In this document: positions 17,489-27,217 of the stretch, one piece after another | How positions within the stretch are numbered: the first letter of the stretch is position 1 | Layout: each line of letters opens with the position of its first letter | Assembly: GCA_963665125.2 (NCBI GenBank) | Contig: CAXXUK010000001.1 | Coordinates: 928,001 to 992,000, forward strand | Length of the DNA: 64,000 bases | Source of the DNA: an uncultured Desulfarculus sp. | GTDB lineage: Bacteria; Desulfobacterota; Desulfarculia; Desulfarculales; Desulfarculaceae | Direction: 5' to 3' | Position numbers and translations under genes: made by a program | Notes under the pieces: model-generated | Told to the model about the DNA's origin: nothing | Databases searched by the model: none | The model's input: the letters and a program-made list of their open reading frames with translations, nothing else

Positions 17489-19279
17489 CTAAACGATAGC
17501 GTCGAACTTACAGGTGTCGATACAGGTCTTGCACTTGATACACTTGTCAAGGTCGATGACCGCAGGCTGCTTCTTTTCCCAGGTGATGGCGCCCACGGGG
17601 CAGGCCTTGGAACATAGGCCGCATTTTTTACAAAGATCCTCGTCAACCCGGAATTCTATGAGGTTGACGCAGGTGCGAGCCGGGCATTTCTTGTCAAAGA
17701 TATGGGCCTCGTACTCGTCGCGGAAATAGCGTAGGGTGCTCAGTACCGGGTTGGGACCGGTCTGGCCCAGACCGCAGAGGGCCGATTCCTTGATCATGCC
17801 GGCAAGCTCTTCCAACAGTTCGATATCGCCGGCCTTGCCTTCGCCGTCGCAGATGCGCTCCAGAACCTGAAGCATGCGGCGGGTGCCTTCGCGGCAGGGG
17901 GTGCATTTTCCGCAGGACTCATCCTGGACAAACTCCATGAAGAAGCGGGCCATGTCCACCATGCAGGTGGAGTCGTCCATGACGATCATGCCGCCCGAGC
18001 CCATGATGGCGCCGGCCTTGATGATTTCTTCGTAGTCACAAGGCAGGTCGAGATATTGTTCGGGCACGCAGCCGCCTGAAGGACCGCCCAACTGCACCGC
18101 TTTGAACTTGCGGTGTTTCTTGGGCATGCCGCCGCCGATGTCATAGATGATCGTGCGCAGGGACGTGCCCATGGGGACTTCGACCAGGCCGATGTTGTTG
18201 ACATGGCCGGTGAGAGCGAAGACCTTGGTGCCCTTGGAGCCCTCGGTACCGATGCTGGCGTACCAGTCGCCGCCTTTGAGGATGATGGGCGCCACGTTGG
18301 CCCAGGTCTCGACGTTGTTGAGGACCGTTGGTTTGTCATAGAGGCCCTTGACGGCCGGGAAGGGTGGCCTGGGCCGCGGCATGCCGCGCTTGCCCTCAAT
18401 GGAACGCATCAGGGCCGTTTCCTCGCCGCAGACAAACGCGCCGGCGCCCTGGTATACGTGCAGGTCGAAGTCGAAGCCGGTGTCGAGAATGTTTTTACCC
18501 AGCAGACCGTATTCCTTGGCCTGGACAATGGCGTGTTCCAAACGCTGGACGGCCAGGGGATACTCGGCGCGGCAGTAGATGTATCCTTCGTTGGCGCCGA
18601 TGGCCTTGGCCGCGATTGTCATGCCTTCCAGGACCGAATGCGGGTCGGCCTCGAGGATGGAGCGGTCCATGAACGCGCCGGGGTCGCCCTCGTCGGCGTT
18701 ACAGAGGACATATTTATGCTCGCCCGGCGTGCCCTGGCAGAACTGCCACTTCAGACCCGTGGGGAAGCCGCCGCCGCCACGGCCGCGCAGGCCGGACTTC
18801 TTGACTTCCTCGACGATGTCCTGGGGAGACATCTCGGTGAGGGCCTTGGCCAAGGCCCGGTAGCCGTCGCGGGCGATATATTCGTCGATGTTTTCGGCGT
18901 CCAGCAGGCCGCGGTTGCGCAGGGCGATGAGCTGCTGATGGGCGAAGAACGGGATGTCGAGCATGTCCGGAATGACTTCCTTGGAAGCCGGCTCCTTGTA
19001 CATGAGCCTTTCCACCGGACGGCCCTTGAGCAGGTGCTCCTCGACCAGTTCGGGGATGTCTTTTTCCTCCAGGGACACATAGAATATGCCTTCCGGATAG
19101 ACGACCATCACCGGACCCATGGCGCAGAAACCGTTGCAGCCGGTCTCGACCACGGCCACTTCCTCGGCCAGGCCTTGATTTTTGATTTCAGCCTCTAGGG
19201 CCTTTCGGACCTGCAGACTACCTGCGGCATGACAGCCGGTGCCGCCACAAATGAGTAGGTGTTGCCTGAATCTTTTCAT
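17489..19279 (-). CDS. nuoF: NuoF-like HydB/HndC NADH-binding flavin-FeS subunit
   Basis: N-terminal 2Fe-2S (CGGTGC, CNGFC), GLRGRGGGGFP, CNADEGDPG, FVCGEETAL, SCGKCTPCREG and C-terminal 2x[4Fe-4S]. Confidence 0.9.
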   Translation of the reverse strand: MKRFRQHLLICGGTGCHAAGSLQVRKALEAEIKNQGLAEEVAVVETGCNGFCAMGPVMVVYPEGIFYVSLEEKDIPELVEEHLLKGRPVERLMYKEPASKEVIPDMLDIPFFAHQQLIALRNRGLLDAENIDEYIARDGYRALAKALTEMSPQDIVEEVKKSGLRGRGGGGFPTGLKWQFCQGTPGEHKYVLCNADEGDPGAFMDRSILEADPHSVLEGMTIAAKAIGANEGYIYCRAEYPLAVQRLEHAIVQAKEYGLLGKNILDTGFDFDLHVYQGAGAFVCGEETALMRSIEGKRGMPRPRPPFPAVKGLYDKPTVLNNVETWANVAPIILKGGDWYASIGTEGSKGTKVFALTGHVNNIGLVEVPMGTSLRTIIYDIGGGMPKKHRKFKAVQLGGPSGGCVPEQYLDLPCDYEEIIKAGAIMGSGGMIVMDDSTCMVDMARFFMEFVQDESCGKCTPCREGTRRMLQVLERICDGEGKAGDIELLEELAGMIKESALCGLGQTGPNPVLSTLRYFRDEYEAHIFDKKCPARTCVNLIEFRVDEDLCKKCGLCSKACPVGAITWEKKQPAVIDLDKCIKCKTCIDTCKFDAIV

Positions 19280-19292
19280 CGTTAAGATGCCT

Positions 19293-19670
19293 TTATTGCT
19301 CACTGCCCTTGGCTAGTGCCCATTGGGACTGCACCGAGCCTTCCAGGGCGTGTTGGTTGAATATCTGGCGCATTTTCGGATCGTCGACAAATACGTATTT
19401 TATCGGTTCTTCGCCAATACGCTCCACGGTTACGATGGGCTCCTGGCTGCAAAGCCCCACGCAGCCGCTGGTGGTGACGATGATGTCTTTACGGCCGGAT
19501 TTGTCGAGTTCTTCCATCAGTGCTTTGAGGACATTACGTGCGCCGCTGGCGATTCCACACGTACCCATGTGAACGGTAACCTTGATTTGGGCTCCGCCCT
19601 CACGCAGGTTGGTTTGCTCGGTGACTCGCTCTTTGATTTTCGCGAGGTCGCTAATCTTTATTTTTGCCAT
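19293..19670 (-). CDS. Thioredoxin-like (2Fe-2S) ferredoxin, HydD/HndB-type
   Basis: VHMGTCGIASGA and SGCVGLCSQEP motifs. Confidence 0.85.
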   Translation of the reverse strand: MAKIKISDLAKIKERVTEQTNLREGGAQIKVTVHMGTCGIASGARNVLKALMEELDKSGRKDIIVTTSGCVGLCSQEPIVTVERIGEEPIKYVFVDDPKMRQIFNQHALEGSVQSQWALAKGSEQ

Positions 19671-19784
19671 GGTATTTCTCTCCCCTATACCTTGTAGGGT
19701 GATGACTAGATGGGGAATATATCAATATAAACGCCGCTAGTCCACGAATTTTGATATGTTGCCGCCCGGCGGCTCATATGTTGT

Positions 19785-20333
19785 CTAGGCCGTAGAGCCC
19801 AGCGCCTCCAGAGCCTGGCGCACCTGCGTTTCCAATAACCCAATCACTTGCGGGTTTTGCATGGCTCCGGCGCCCAATTCCTGCTCCAACTCAATTGTGT
19901 CCAACTCAAACTCATTTTCACCGACTTGGTGCCGGTATTTGAAACCCACGCCAGGCCTGCTCATGACAAGGCCCATCAGCGTTCCCGGCCAATCGCCCAT
20001 CGGTTGGCGGTCTATGTGGCTGAGCCTGAACCATGTTTTCAGCTTCGTGCCGACTCCCGGCTCGCTGCTTAATTCCAGACCCCCGTCCCAGGCCTCGGCA
20101 TTGGCCTTCATCAGGCTAAGGCCCAGGCCGATGCGTCTGGTGGTGCGGGTCGTGTAAAAGGGATCAACGGCCTTGGCCAGCGTCTCGGCGTCCATGCCGC
20201 TGCCGTTATCCTTTATCGTCACTTCCATGCGGTCTCCGGCCGGGTCTTCGATGATGTCGATTTCCACCAGGTCGGCCCCCGCCTTGAGCGAGTTTTCGAT
20301 TAGATCCATGAAGTGCAGGGACAACTCTTCCAT
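19785..20333 (-). CDS. Stand-alone HATPase_c (GHKL) protein of hyd/hnd clusters
   Basis: MEELSLHFMDLIENS, DNGSGM, DPFYTTR...GLGL and HIDRQPMGD motifs. TAATG coupling to the PHP gene. Confidence 0.85.
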   Translation of the reverse strand: MEELSLHFMDLIENSLKAGADLVEIDIIEDPAGDRMEVTIKDNGSGMDAETLAKAVDPFYTTRTTRRIGLGLSLMKANAEAWDGGLELSSEPGVGTKLKTWFRLSHIDRQPMGDWPGTLMGLVMSRPGVGFKYRHQVGENEFELDTIELEQELGAGAMQNPQVIGLLETQVRQALEALGSTA

Positions 20334-21103
20334 TATAGCTCCGCCACCGGACGGCGGCACCAGCCGCGGATGGCCCTGCCTTGGACCCCGGCCAGGGCCA
20401 GGGCCAGTTCAGACAGACAAGGCGAGTCCATGATCAGTTCGGTCCACACCACGCCGACATCCTCCAGATGGTGGGCGTCGCTGCTGGTGATCACCGGAAG
20501 TTCGGCCCCAAACAGCCATTGGCCGCTGTCCGCCGGATCATGCAATCTGCTGATTTCCACCGCGTCGAGCTTCAGTTCCGGCGGGATCAGGCCCAGGTTG
20601 CTGATCAGGCTGAAGGCCGGCCGGTCGATATGGGCCGCGATAATGAGTCCGCCAAGGGAGTGAACCCTTTGGGCGATGTCGGTCACGGTCAGGTCCGTGG
20701 CGCCGATAAGCAGACGTTCGTTAAAGTATTCAACCTCGTCGTCGGCATTGGCGACTATCTGCATGCCGAACAGGTCCGGGTTGTTCTCGCCCGGCTGGAG
20801 GTGGTCGAAAACCATGGCCTGCATGGTCAGAGCGTTTTCCAGGTCATCGAAAAGGGCCACCATGTGCGCCTCTTCGGCGGATGTTATCTCCATGCCCGCC
20901 AAGACATGGGGAGCGCCAGGTCCGAGCCTTTCAGCGGCTTGCCGGGCGGCACGGACGTTTTCGGCGCTGTTGTGGTCACAGATGGCGACTATATCCAGGC
21001 CGGTCTCTGCGGCGCGGCTCACCACGGCCGAGGGGGTTACGTCAAATCCGCCGCAGGGGCTCAGACATGTGTGCAAGTGCAGATCGGCGCGGATTGTGCG
21101 CAA
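20333..21103 (-). CDS. PHP-domain metal-dependent phosphoesterase
   Basis: DLHLHTCLSPC, CDHN, AHIDR and SSDAHH motifs. Confidence 0.9.
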   Translation of the reverse strand: MRTIRADLHLHTCLSPCGGFDVTPSAVVSRAAETGLDIVAICDHNSAENVRAARQAAERLGPGAPHVLAGMEITSAEEAHMVALFDDLENALTMQAMVFDHLQPGENNPDLFGMQIVANADDEVEYFNERLLIGATDLTVTDIAQRVHSLGGLIIAAHIDRPAFSLISNLGLIPPELKLDAVEISRLHDPADSGQWLFGAELPVITSSDAHHLEDVGVVWTELIMDSPCLSELALALAGVQGRAIRGWCRRPVAEL

Positions 21104-21106
21104 GGC

Positions 21107-22753
21107 CTATTCCCTTCCGGCCAATCCCAGTTCGCTTAGCCGGCAGACCAGGGTGTAGGCGTCCTGGCTGGCCGCCAATACTGGCAGACCCTCTTCCTGG
21201 GCCTTTTGCAGGGTGTCTTCGCCGGGCGTGCGGCCGCCGACGATGCAAACTGCCGCCAGATCCTTGAGCACGGCAACGGCTGCCACGTTTTGGTGGGTCT
21301 GCACGGTCAGCCACAAGGCGTCGGCAGGGGCCTTGGCCATGACGTCGCTGAGCAAGTCGGAAACATAGCCCACTGAGACCGTTTTGTTCAGACCTTCTTT
21401 GCCTGCCAAAACTTCAAGGTTTAGGGCCTCGGCAATGTCCTTGACGGTCACGGTATCCTCCTTGGATTTGGTGCTGCTTCCGGCAGCCGCTTTGGGCTTT
21501 ATGTAAGGGCAGTCGTTTTCCACGGCTTGGCCCTGTACCACATCTTCGGCAAAGGTGTCGCAATCCGGCGAACCGCAAACACCGCATTCGAGCATCAACA
21601 GGCGGGATTTGATTTCCTGGATCTGATGCAGTTTTTGCAGCGCCTGCCGCGGGTCGGGCGCCAAGGGCGGCAGCGGGTGGGGTTCCAGGGATGTCTCCCA
21701 GTTGAAGTCGCCGGCTTTGTACAGGGCGGCCACCTTGTCGTGGTCCACCCTGGACACGTTGCCGTATCGGCGAACAAGTTCATCCCTGATGCTGGCAGCG
21801 CGGTAGCGGTTTTCAACCACCAGAGGCCCTCCGATGCAGCCCCCGGCGCAGATATGGGCTTCCATGAACCTAAGCTCGGGGAAACGTCCGGCCTCGAGCA
21901 TCTCCAACATATTGACCACTTCGCTGAACCCGGTTACGGCCAGGGTGTGCTCGGCCTGCACCGAAGCTGCCTGGCCACCGGAACCGGCCCAAGCCAGACC
22001 GACACCGGAACAACGCTGGATGGTTTCGTTTTCTTCCAAATCGCTGAGAGCCTGCAGGATGTAGCCGAATATTTCCGAAGCACAGATGATGCCGTCGACA
22101 TAGGGCGACTTCACGGAAAAGGGGTCTTCAATCGTGGGGCGGATGGCCACGCAGGGGCTGATGATGAATACGCCCACGTCGTCGATGTTCCACCCGCGTT
22201 CAAGTGCGGTATGGGTCTTGATGTATTTGGCGGACAACGTCTGGTTGGACAACAGCGGCATGATGTTGGGCACCAGGCTGGGAAAACGCATGGCCACCAG
22301 CCTGACCACGGCGGGGCAGCTGGGGCTTATGCCCGGCCGTATCGAGGGATTGTCGGCCAGATAATCGGTCATGGCCACAGCCAGCATTTCGGCCACCCAG
22401 CAGGTGTCCACAACGTGTTCGAACCCGAGCTTGCGCAGGGCCAGCATAACTTTGTTCGGCGTTACATCATAGCCGAACTGCATGAAAAGGGCCGGATTTG
22501 GTATTGCCACTGGGTGGGCGAACTGTTTGATGCGTTCCAGCGGAGTGCTCAGCGGTTCGATGGCGCCGTGATTGCAGGCCTTATAGCATGCCCCACAGGC
22601 CACGCAGCGGTCATAAAGGATCTGGGCCTTGCCGTTCTTGACCCTGATGGCCTTGTTGGGGCAGGCCTTCATGCATACAACACAGCCCGTGCACATGTCT
22701 TCGATAATGCGCAGAGCGTGAATCTGCCGATTTTTTTTGCCGGTGCTGTTCAA
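21107..22753 (-). CDS. Sensory-type [FeFe]-hydrogenase-like FeS protein fused in frame to a DRTGG domain
   Basis: N-terminal 2x[4Fe-4S], degenerate H-cluster motifs SPSCPAVV / SPCVAI / EAHICAGGCIGG, C-terminal CGVCGSPDC FeS site, then SDLLSDVM DRTGG domain. Confidence 0.8.
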   Translation of the reverse strand: MNSTGKKNRQIHALRIIEDMCTGCVVCMKACPNKAIRVKNGKAQILYDRCVACGACYKACNHGAIEPLSTPLERIKQFAHPVAIPNPALFMQFGYDVTPNKVMLALRKLGFEHVVDTCWVAEMLAVAMTDYLADNPSIRPGISPSCPAVVRLVAMRFPSLVPNIMPLLSNQTLSAKYIKTHTALERGWNIDDVGVFIISPCVAIRPTIEDPFSVKSPYVDGIICASEIFGYILQALSDLEENETIQRCSGVGLAWAGSGGQAASVQAEHTLAVTGFSEVVNMLEMLEAGRFPELRFMEAHICAGGCIGGPLVVENRYRAASIRDELVRRYGNVSRVDHDKVAALYKAGDFNWETSLEPHPLPPLAPDPRQALQKLHQIQEIKSRLLMLECGVCGSPDCDTFAEDVVQGQAVENDCPYIKPKAAAGSSTKSKEDTVTVKDIAEALNLEVLAGKEGLNKTVSVGYVSDLLSDVMAKAPADALWLTVQTHQNVAAVAVLKDLAAVCIVGGRTPGEDTLQKAQEEGLPVLAASQDAYTLVCRLSELGLAGRE

Positions 22754-22792
22754 TTCAAGCGCCTGTGGTCTGGTCTTCTGCCGAGTAACCGC

Positions 22793-23245
22793 TTAAATAA
22801 TATCCAATTCGAACTCTACAGTCGTACCGTGGCTTACTTCCGTCTGTATGTTGAGCCGGTCACAATTGCGTTTTATATTGGGCAGGCCCATGCCGGCCCC
22901 AAAGCCCATCTCCCTCATTTCGGGGGTGGCGGTGGACCAACCTTCGGTCATGGCAAGGTCAAGATCGGGGATTCCCGGCCCTTGGTCTTGGATCTCCATC
23001 CGCAGGGTGTGCGGCGACATCAAAAGGCGAATTTCACCGCCGCCGCCGTACATGACCAGATTCATTTCCGCTTCAAAGGTGGCGATGGCCGCCCGGCGTA
23101 AAAGTTGGTGATCCAGGCCGACATCCTTGAGCATTTTTTTCACGGCAATCGACACTGATCCGGCGGAAGCGAAATCGCCTTCTTTTACCGGGAAGGCTTG
23201 GACCAGCTGGGGCTTCTCCTGGCTGTCTGTGGCAGTTTCGTTCAT
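22793..23245 (-). CDS. Anti-sigma/Ser-Thr kinase (RsbW/RsbT-like)
   Basis: EAEMNLV, DQGPGI, EGWST and GAGMGLPN motifs. Confidence 0.88.
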   Translation of the reverse strand: MNETATDSQEKPQLVQAFPVKEGDFASAGSVSIAVKKMLKDVGLDHQLLRRAAIATFEAEMNLVMYGGGGEIRLLMSPHTLRMEIQDQGPGIPDLDLAMTEGWSTATPEMREMGFGAGMGLPNIKRNCDRLNIQTEVSHGTTVEFELDII

Positions 23246-23255
23246 AACACACCTA

Positions 23256-23612
23256 TTAGCCGGAAAAGCCTTTGAGCCCTAGTTGGTAAAGAAGGCCGCA
23301 AGAATCGAACATGGGTAGATCCGTGCTGAGCAGAGGCAGTTCAAACTGCTTGGCCAATTCGATTACCTTCTCATCCGGCTGCTTGCCCCGTACGAATATG
23401 ACGCCGCATATGCCGGAAATCTCGCTGGTTCTCACCACCTGTACGTTCGTAAGGCCAGTGAGCAGCAAGGTGCCTTCAGGCGAAAACGCCAGGACGTCGC
23501 TCATCAAGTCGGAACCGAAAGCCTGTTTGATAGGCGTGTCCAGTTTCTCCTGACAACAGAGCACCCTGGCGTTCAATATCGGGATTATCTCCCTGATGGT
23601 CGGTGAAACCAT
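23256..23612 (-). CDS. DRTGG-domain protein
   Basis: GSDLMSDVL, LLTGLTN and FVRGK motifs. Start taken at MVSPTI (23612). Confidence 0.85.
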   Translation of the reverse strand: MVSPTIREIIPILNARVLCCQEKLDTPIKQAFGSDLMSDVLAFSPEGTLLLTGLTNVQVVRTSEISGICGVIFVRGKQPDEKVIELAKQFELPLLSTDLPMFDSCGLLYQLGLKGFSG

Positions 23613-23619
23613 TTTTTGC

Positions 23620-24123
23620 CTACTCGTAACGAGCCACCAGGTCCAGAACGGAGTCGGCCATGACCTTGCGGTGGGTGTCCTCATTGACCACCACGACCGG
23701 GGCCACGCCGCAGGCGCCCAGACAGCGCACGCCTTCCAGGGTGTAACGCCGGTCCAGGGTGGTGCCGTCTTCATCCAACACCATGTTGTTCTTCAGGCGG
23801 TCCATGGCCTCCTTGCCGCCGCGCACGTAGCAGGCGGTGCCCAGGCAGACGCGGACAACGTTACGGCCCCTGGGTTTCATGGTGAAGAAAGAGTAGAAGG
23901 TCGTCACACCGAAAACGTCATGCCCCGGTACGCCCAGACCATCGGCCACGCGCAGCTGAACCGCCTCGGGCAGATAGCCGCACACGTTTTGGCACTGCTG
24001 GAGCACGGGAATCAGTGAACCGGGCTTGCCGCGGTACGCGGCGCAAATTTCATCAACTTTTTCAAGCATTTCAGGCGTAATATCATCGGGCATGGTCGCT
24101 GTGTTTTTGGCTGCCAGGCTCAT
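23620..24123 (-). CDS. nuoE: NuoE-like HydC/HndA 2Fe-2S subunit
   Basis: LIPVLQ...GYLP, VCLGTACYVRG and CLGACGVAP motifs; AGGAG SD. Confidence 0.9.
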   Translation of the reverse strand: MSLAAKNTATMPDDITPEMLEKVDEICAAYRGKPGSLIPVLQQCQNVCGYLPEAVQLRVADGLGVPGHDVFGVTTFYSFFTMKPRGRNVVRVCLGTACYVRGGKEAMDRLKNNMVLDEDGTTLDRRYTLEGVRCLGACGVAPVVVVNEDTHRKVMADSVLDLVARYE

Positions 24124-24262
24124 ATCAGGCTCCTTTATGGCAATAGCGGCTCCGCGATTGTTGAGCGGGCCGGTATTTATGCTGCTGTACCGCGATAATT
24201 GTTGATTAGGCGGTTGATTGTAGAGAATTTATTTAGCACAAGCCAACACGGCCCGCAAGCAA

Positions 24263-24994
24263 TCATAAGACGGCAAAGGCCAACAGGGCCGCAATTTCAC
24301 AAATCTCGATGGACGCGCCCAGGGTGTCGCCTGTGAAACCGCCTATGCGGCGGTGAAACCATACGCCCAGGCCAAGACCCGCAAGGGCCACCAATAATGC
24401 CGCCACGGCGCCTTTCAGTCCGCCGAAGACAATGGCTATCATTAGGGCGGATGCCCCACATACAAACTCAAGGGCCAGACCGCGGCCGCCGGACACGGCC
24501 TTGCCCAGGCCATAGTCCCGGGCCGGCGGCAACAGGCCCGAGATGAACACCGGCACGGCCCGGGCCAGAGCCGGGGCGCAGATCAGTGCGGCCAACAGGG
24601 CTGGTCCCCGCAGGCTGGCCAGCAGGGCGAACTTCAGCAGCAGGTCGCAACACACCGCGGCAAGGCCGTAAGAGCCTGTCATGGTGTCTTTCATTATTTC
24701 CAGGGCGCGTTGACGCTCCGAGGTGGTGCCAAAGGCGTCGGCTGTGTCGGCCAGGCCGTCCAGATGCAAAAAACGCGAAGCCAGGCCCCACAAGACCACC
24801 AGCAAGGCGGCCAGTACAAGGCCGGGCAGGATGAACCCCAGCAGCCAGGCCGCGAGGGCCAGGAACAGGCCCAGCAGGCCGCCCACCACCGCGTACCAGG
24901 CCCTGCTGCGCAGAAAGTCCTGTTCGTCGGCCACCAGGTTTTTCTGGGGCATGGCCACGGTCAGGAACTGCAAGGCCAGCAAAAAGGCTTTCAT
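24263..24994 (-). CDS. cobS: Cobalamin synthase (adenosylcobinamide-GDP ribazoletransferase)
   Basis: ALQFLT, LHLDGLADTAD, IMKD...G and GGFTGDTLGA motifs. Confidence 0.93.
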   Translation of the reverse strand: MKAFLLALQFLTVAMPQKNLVADEQDFLRSRAWYAVVGGLLGLFLALAAWLLGFILPGLVLAALLVVLWGLASRFLHLDGLADTADAFGTTSERQRALEIMKDTMTGSYGLAAVCCDLLLKFALLASLRGPALLAALICAPALARAVPVFISGLLPPARDYGLGKAVSGGRGLALEFVCGASALMIAIVFGGLKGAVAALLVALAGLGLGVWFHRRIGGFTGDTLGASIEICEIAALLAFAVL

Positions 24995-25010
24995 CCTAAA
25001 ACCCCATACC

Positions 25011-26060
25011 TCAGGCGGCGCCGATGTCGGCAAAGGTGGACATCTCCGAATACATGGCCACGGCCGAGCGGATCAGGCCCAGGGCCACGGCTGCCCCGGT
25101 TCCCTCGCCCAGACGCATGTCCAGTTCCAGCATGGGCCGAAGATTCAGTTTTTGCACCTGGGCCCGGTGGCCGATTTCAACCGAGCTGTGGGCGCTGAAA
25201 CAGTAGTCCATGGCCGACGGGCACATGCCATCGGCGATCAGGGCGGCGGTGGTGCAGATAAAGCCGTCCAGGAGCACCGGAACGCCTTGGGCCGCGCCTT
25301 CCAGGATATAGCCGCACATGGCCGCGATCTCCAGGCCACCGACTTTCTGCAGGACCTCAAAGGGCTTGGCGGCGTCGGGCCGGTTGATTTCCAGGGCTGC
25401 TCGGATGGCCGCGGACTTGCGGGCCAGACCGTCATCGTCGATGCCGGTGCCTCTGCCGATCACCTTTTCCGGGTCAACCCCGCACATCACGGCGGTGATT
25501 GCCGAGCAGGGCGTCGTGTTTCCGATGCCCATTTCGCCGGGGATCAGCAAGTCGTATCCCTTGGCCACCAGGTCTGCCGCCACCTGGGAGCCGGCCTCGA
25601 TGGCGGCCAGGGTTTGTTCCCGGGTCATGGCCGGGCCCTTGCTGAGATCAGCTGTGCCATGGGCCACTTTTTTGATGATCAGGCCGTCCGCGTCTTCTAT
25701 GTCAGAGGCCACGCCAACGTCGACGACCCACACATCGGCCCCGGCCTGGCGGCAGAGAACATTGATGGCCGCGCCGCCGGAGAGGAAGTTGTAGACCATC
25801 AGCTTGGTCAGGTCCTGGGGAAAGGCGCTGACGCCGCCCGCGGCCACTCCGTGGTCACCGGCAAAGACCGATGAGGCCGCCTTGGGCTGGGCCAGTTTTT
25901 CGGCGCTGCCCCGGATGATGCAAAGCCGCTTGGCGAATTCCTCCAGGCGGCCCAATGAACCTTGGGGTTTGGTGAGGTTGTCCAGGTGGGCCTGGGCGGC
26001 TTCTGCTACACCGAAATCAGGTTTTTTGATGCGTGCGACGATGCTTTCGAGTTTATTCAA
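25011..26060 (-). CDS. cobT: Nicotinate-nucleotide--dimethylbenzimidazole phosphoribosyltransferase
   Basis: LTKPQGSLGRLE, AGDHG, GEMGIGNTT and RLGEGTG motifs. TTG start after an AGGAG SD. Confidence 0.95.
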   Translation of the reverse strand: MNKLESIVARIKKPDFGVAEAAQAHLDNLTKPQGSLGRLEEFAKRLCIIRGSAEKLAQPKAASSVFAGDHGVAAGGVSAFPQDLTKLMVYNFLSGGAAINVLCRQAGADVWVVDVGVASDIEDADGLIIKKVAHGTADLSKGPAMTREQTLAAIEAGSQVAADLVAKGYDLLIPGEMGIGNTTPCSAITAVMCGVDPEKVIGRGTGIDDDGLARKSAAIRAALEINRPDAAKPFEVLQKVGGLEIAAMCGYILEGAAQGVPVLLDGFICTTAALIADGMCPSAMDYCFSAHSSVEIGHRAQVQKLNLRPMLELDMRLGEGTGAAVALGLIRSAVAMYSEMSTFADIGAA

Positions 26061-26071
26061 AATTTGGTCTC

Positions 26072-26608
26072 CTAAAGCGCTGGGGCAGAGCCCTTTAGTG
26101 CAAGCGGCAGCCCTGCGGCCACCATGATTACGTTGTCGCATGCCTGGGCCAGTCTTTGGTGCAGTGAACCGGTGAGGTCGCGGAAGCGCCGGGCCATGGG
26201 GTTTTCCGGAACGATGCCCAGGCCGACTTCGTTGCTGACCAGCAGGGCCCGCCCCTTGAGCAGCGGCAGCAAACGGCACAACTCCTCGAAACGCAGGCCG
26301 ATTTGGTCATCGTCGGCATCGGACACCATCAGGTTGGTGACCCACAAGGTCAGACAGTCCACCAGCACCAGGCCGCCGGGCCTGTCCGTTTCCCCCAGGG
26401 TGTCTTCCAGGGCCAGGGGCTCTTCGATGGTCGTCCACTGGGGGCCGCGCCGGGCCTTGTGCCGGGCAATGCGGCGGCGCATTTCCTCATCCCAGGCCTG
26501 GGACGTGGCAATGTAAAACGGCCGTTCACAGGCCGCCAGGGCCATGCGTTCGGCATAGGCGCTTTTGCCGCTGGCCGCGCCGCCCAATATGAGTGTGTGT
26601 TCAGGCAT
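26072..26608 (-). CDS. cobU: Adenosylcobinamide kinase/guanylyltransferase
   Basis: GGAASGKS, RIARHKARR, VDCLTLW and SNEVGLGIVP motifs. Start at 26608. Confidence 0.95.
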   Translation of the reverse strand: MPEHTLILGGAASGKSAYAERMALAACERPFYIATSQAWDEEMRRRIARHKARRGPQWTTIEEPLALEDTLGETDRPGGLVLVDCLTLWVTNLMVSDADDDQIGLRFEELCRLLPLLKGRALLVSNEVGLGIVPENPMARRFRDLTGSLHQRLAQACDNVIMVAAGLPLALKGSAPAL

Positions 26609-26674
26609 GCACCCTTCATAACGCAAAACCCGGTCGCCCGCAACGACAGCTTGAAGGTGCGGACTTGGAGAATA

Positions 26675-27058
26675 ATGTTTAACATTACGAAAAAGGAGTT
26701 CGCGTTGCTCACTTGGGATGAACTGAAAAGGGAAAAACAAATCCTGGACCTCATCGACTGGGACATTACTCCGGCCCAGGCCTTTGAGTCCTACCAGATC
26801 AAGTCCACAGGCTCGTGGCGCAACCGCGGCCTGGAGGACGTGTATTATTTTTACCTGTCCGTTTGGCAGGGGCGGGGCAGGGTGGTGCTGGTCCGGCGCA
26901 CATTTGTCCACAGCGAGGAGATCGCCGAGGCTCCGGCGCCCAATGGATTGGTAGACGCGGCAATGGCCGAAATGGACGGCCGGGATTATCCCCGGGGCCA
27001 ATTGCCCCTGAACGATGAACTGCGGCAATGGCTGATCGCCGAGCTATGCGGCGGCTAA
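26675..27058 (+). CDS. DVU0772-family-like protein
   Basis: IDWDITP...YFY..W...LVRR...EEIA...WL pattern; GGAG SD. Confidence 0.65.
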   Translation: MFNITKKEFALLTWDELKREKQILDLIDWDITPAQAFESYQIKSTGSWRNRGLEDVYYFYLSVWQGRGRVVLVRRTFVHSEEIAEAPAPNGLVDAAMAEMDGRDYPRGQLPLNDELRQWLIAELCGG

Positions 27059-27217
27059 CCGGTTTGGGCCTGTATTTTTGTGGTTTTCTGTCATATACTT
27101 CGTGGAAATGAAGAAGCGCTTTATGTATTCGCAGGTTTTCGGCAACGCAGAGAATCTGCAAGTAAAACTATAGACTAAACAATGTGTAATGCTTCTTAAT
27201 GGCGGTGGAGTGGATCC

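Noticed and set aside
17489..24123. Respiratory complex I (nuo) operon
   Set aside because: No membrane or NuoBCD subunits are present, and the HydB-type extra FeS domains and neighbours indicate a soluble diaphorase module.
26609..26674. Cobalamin riboswitch ahead of cobUTS
   Set aside because: Only 66 bp of intergenic DNA and no B12-box.
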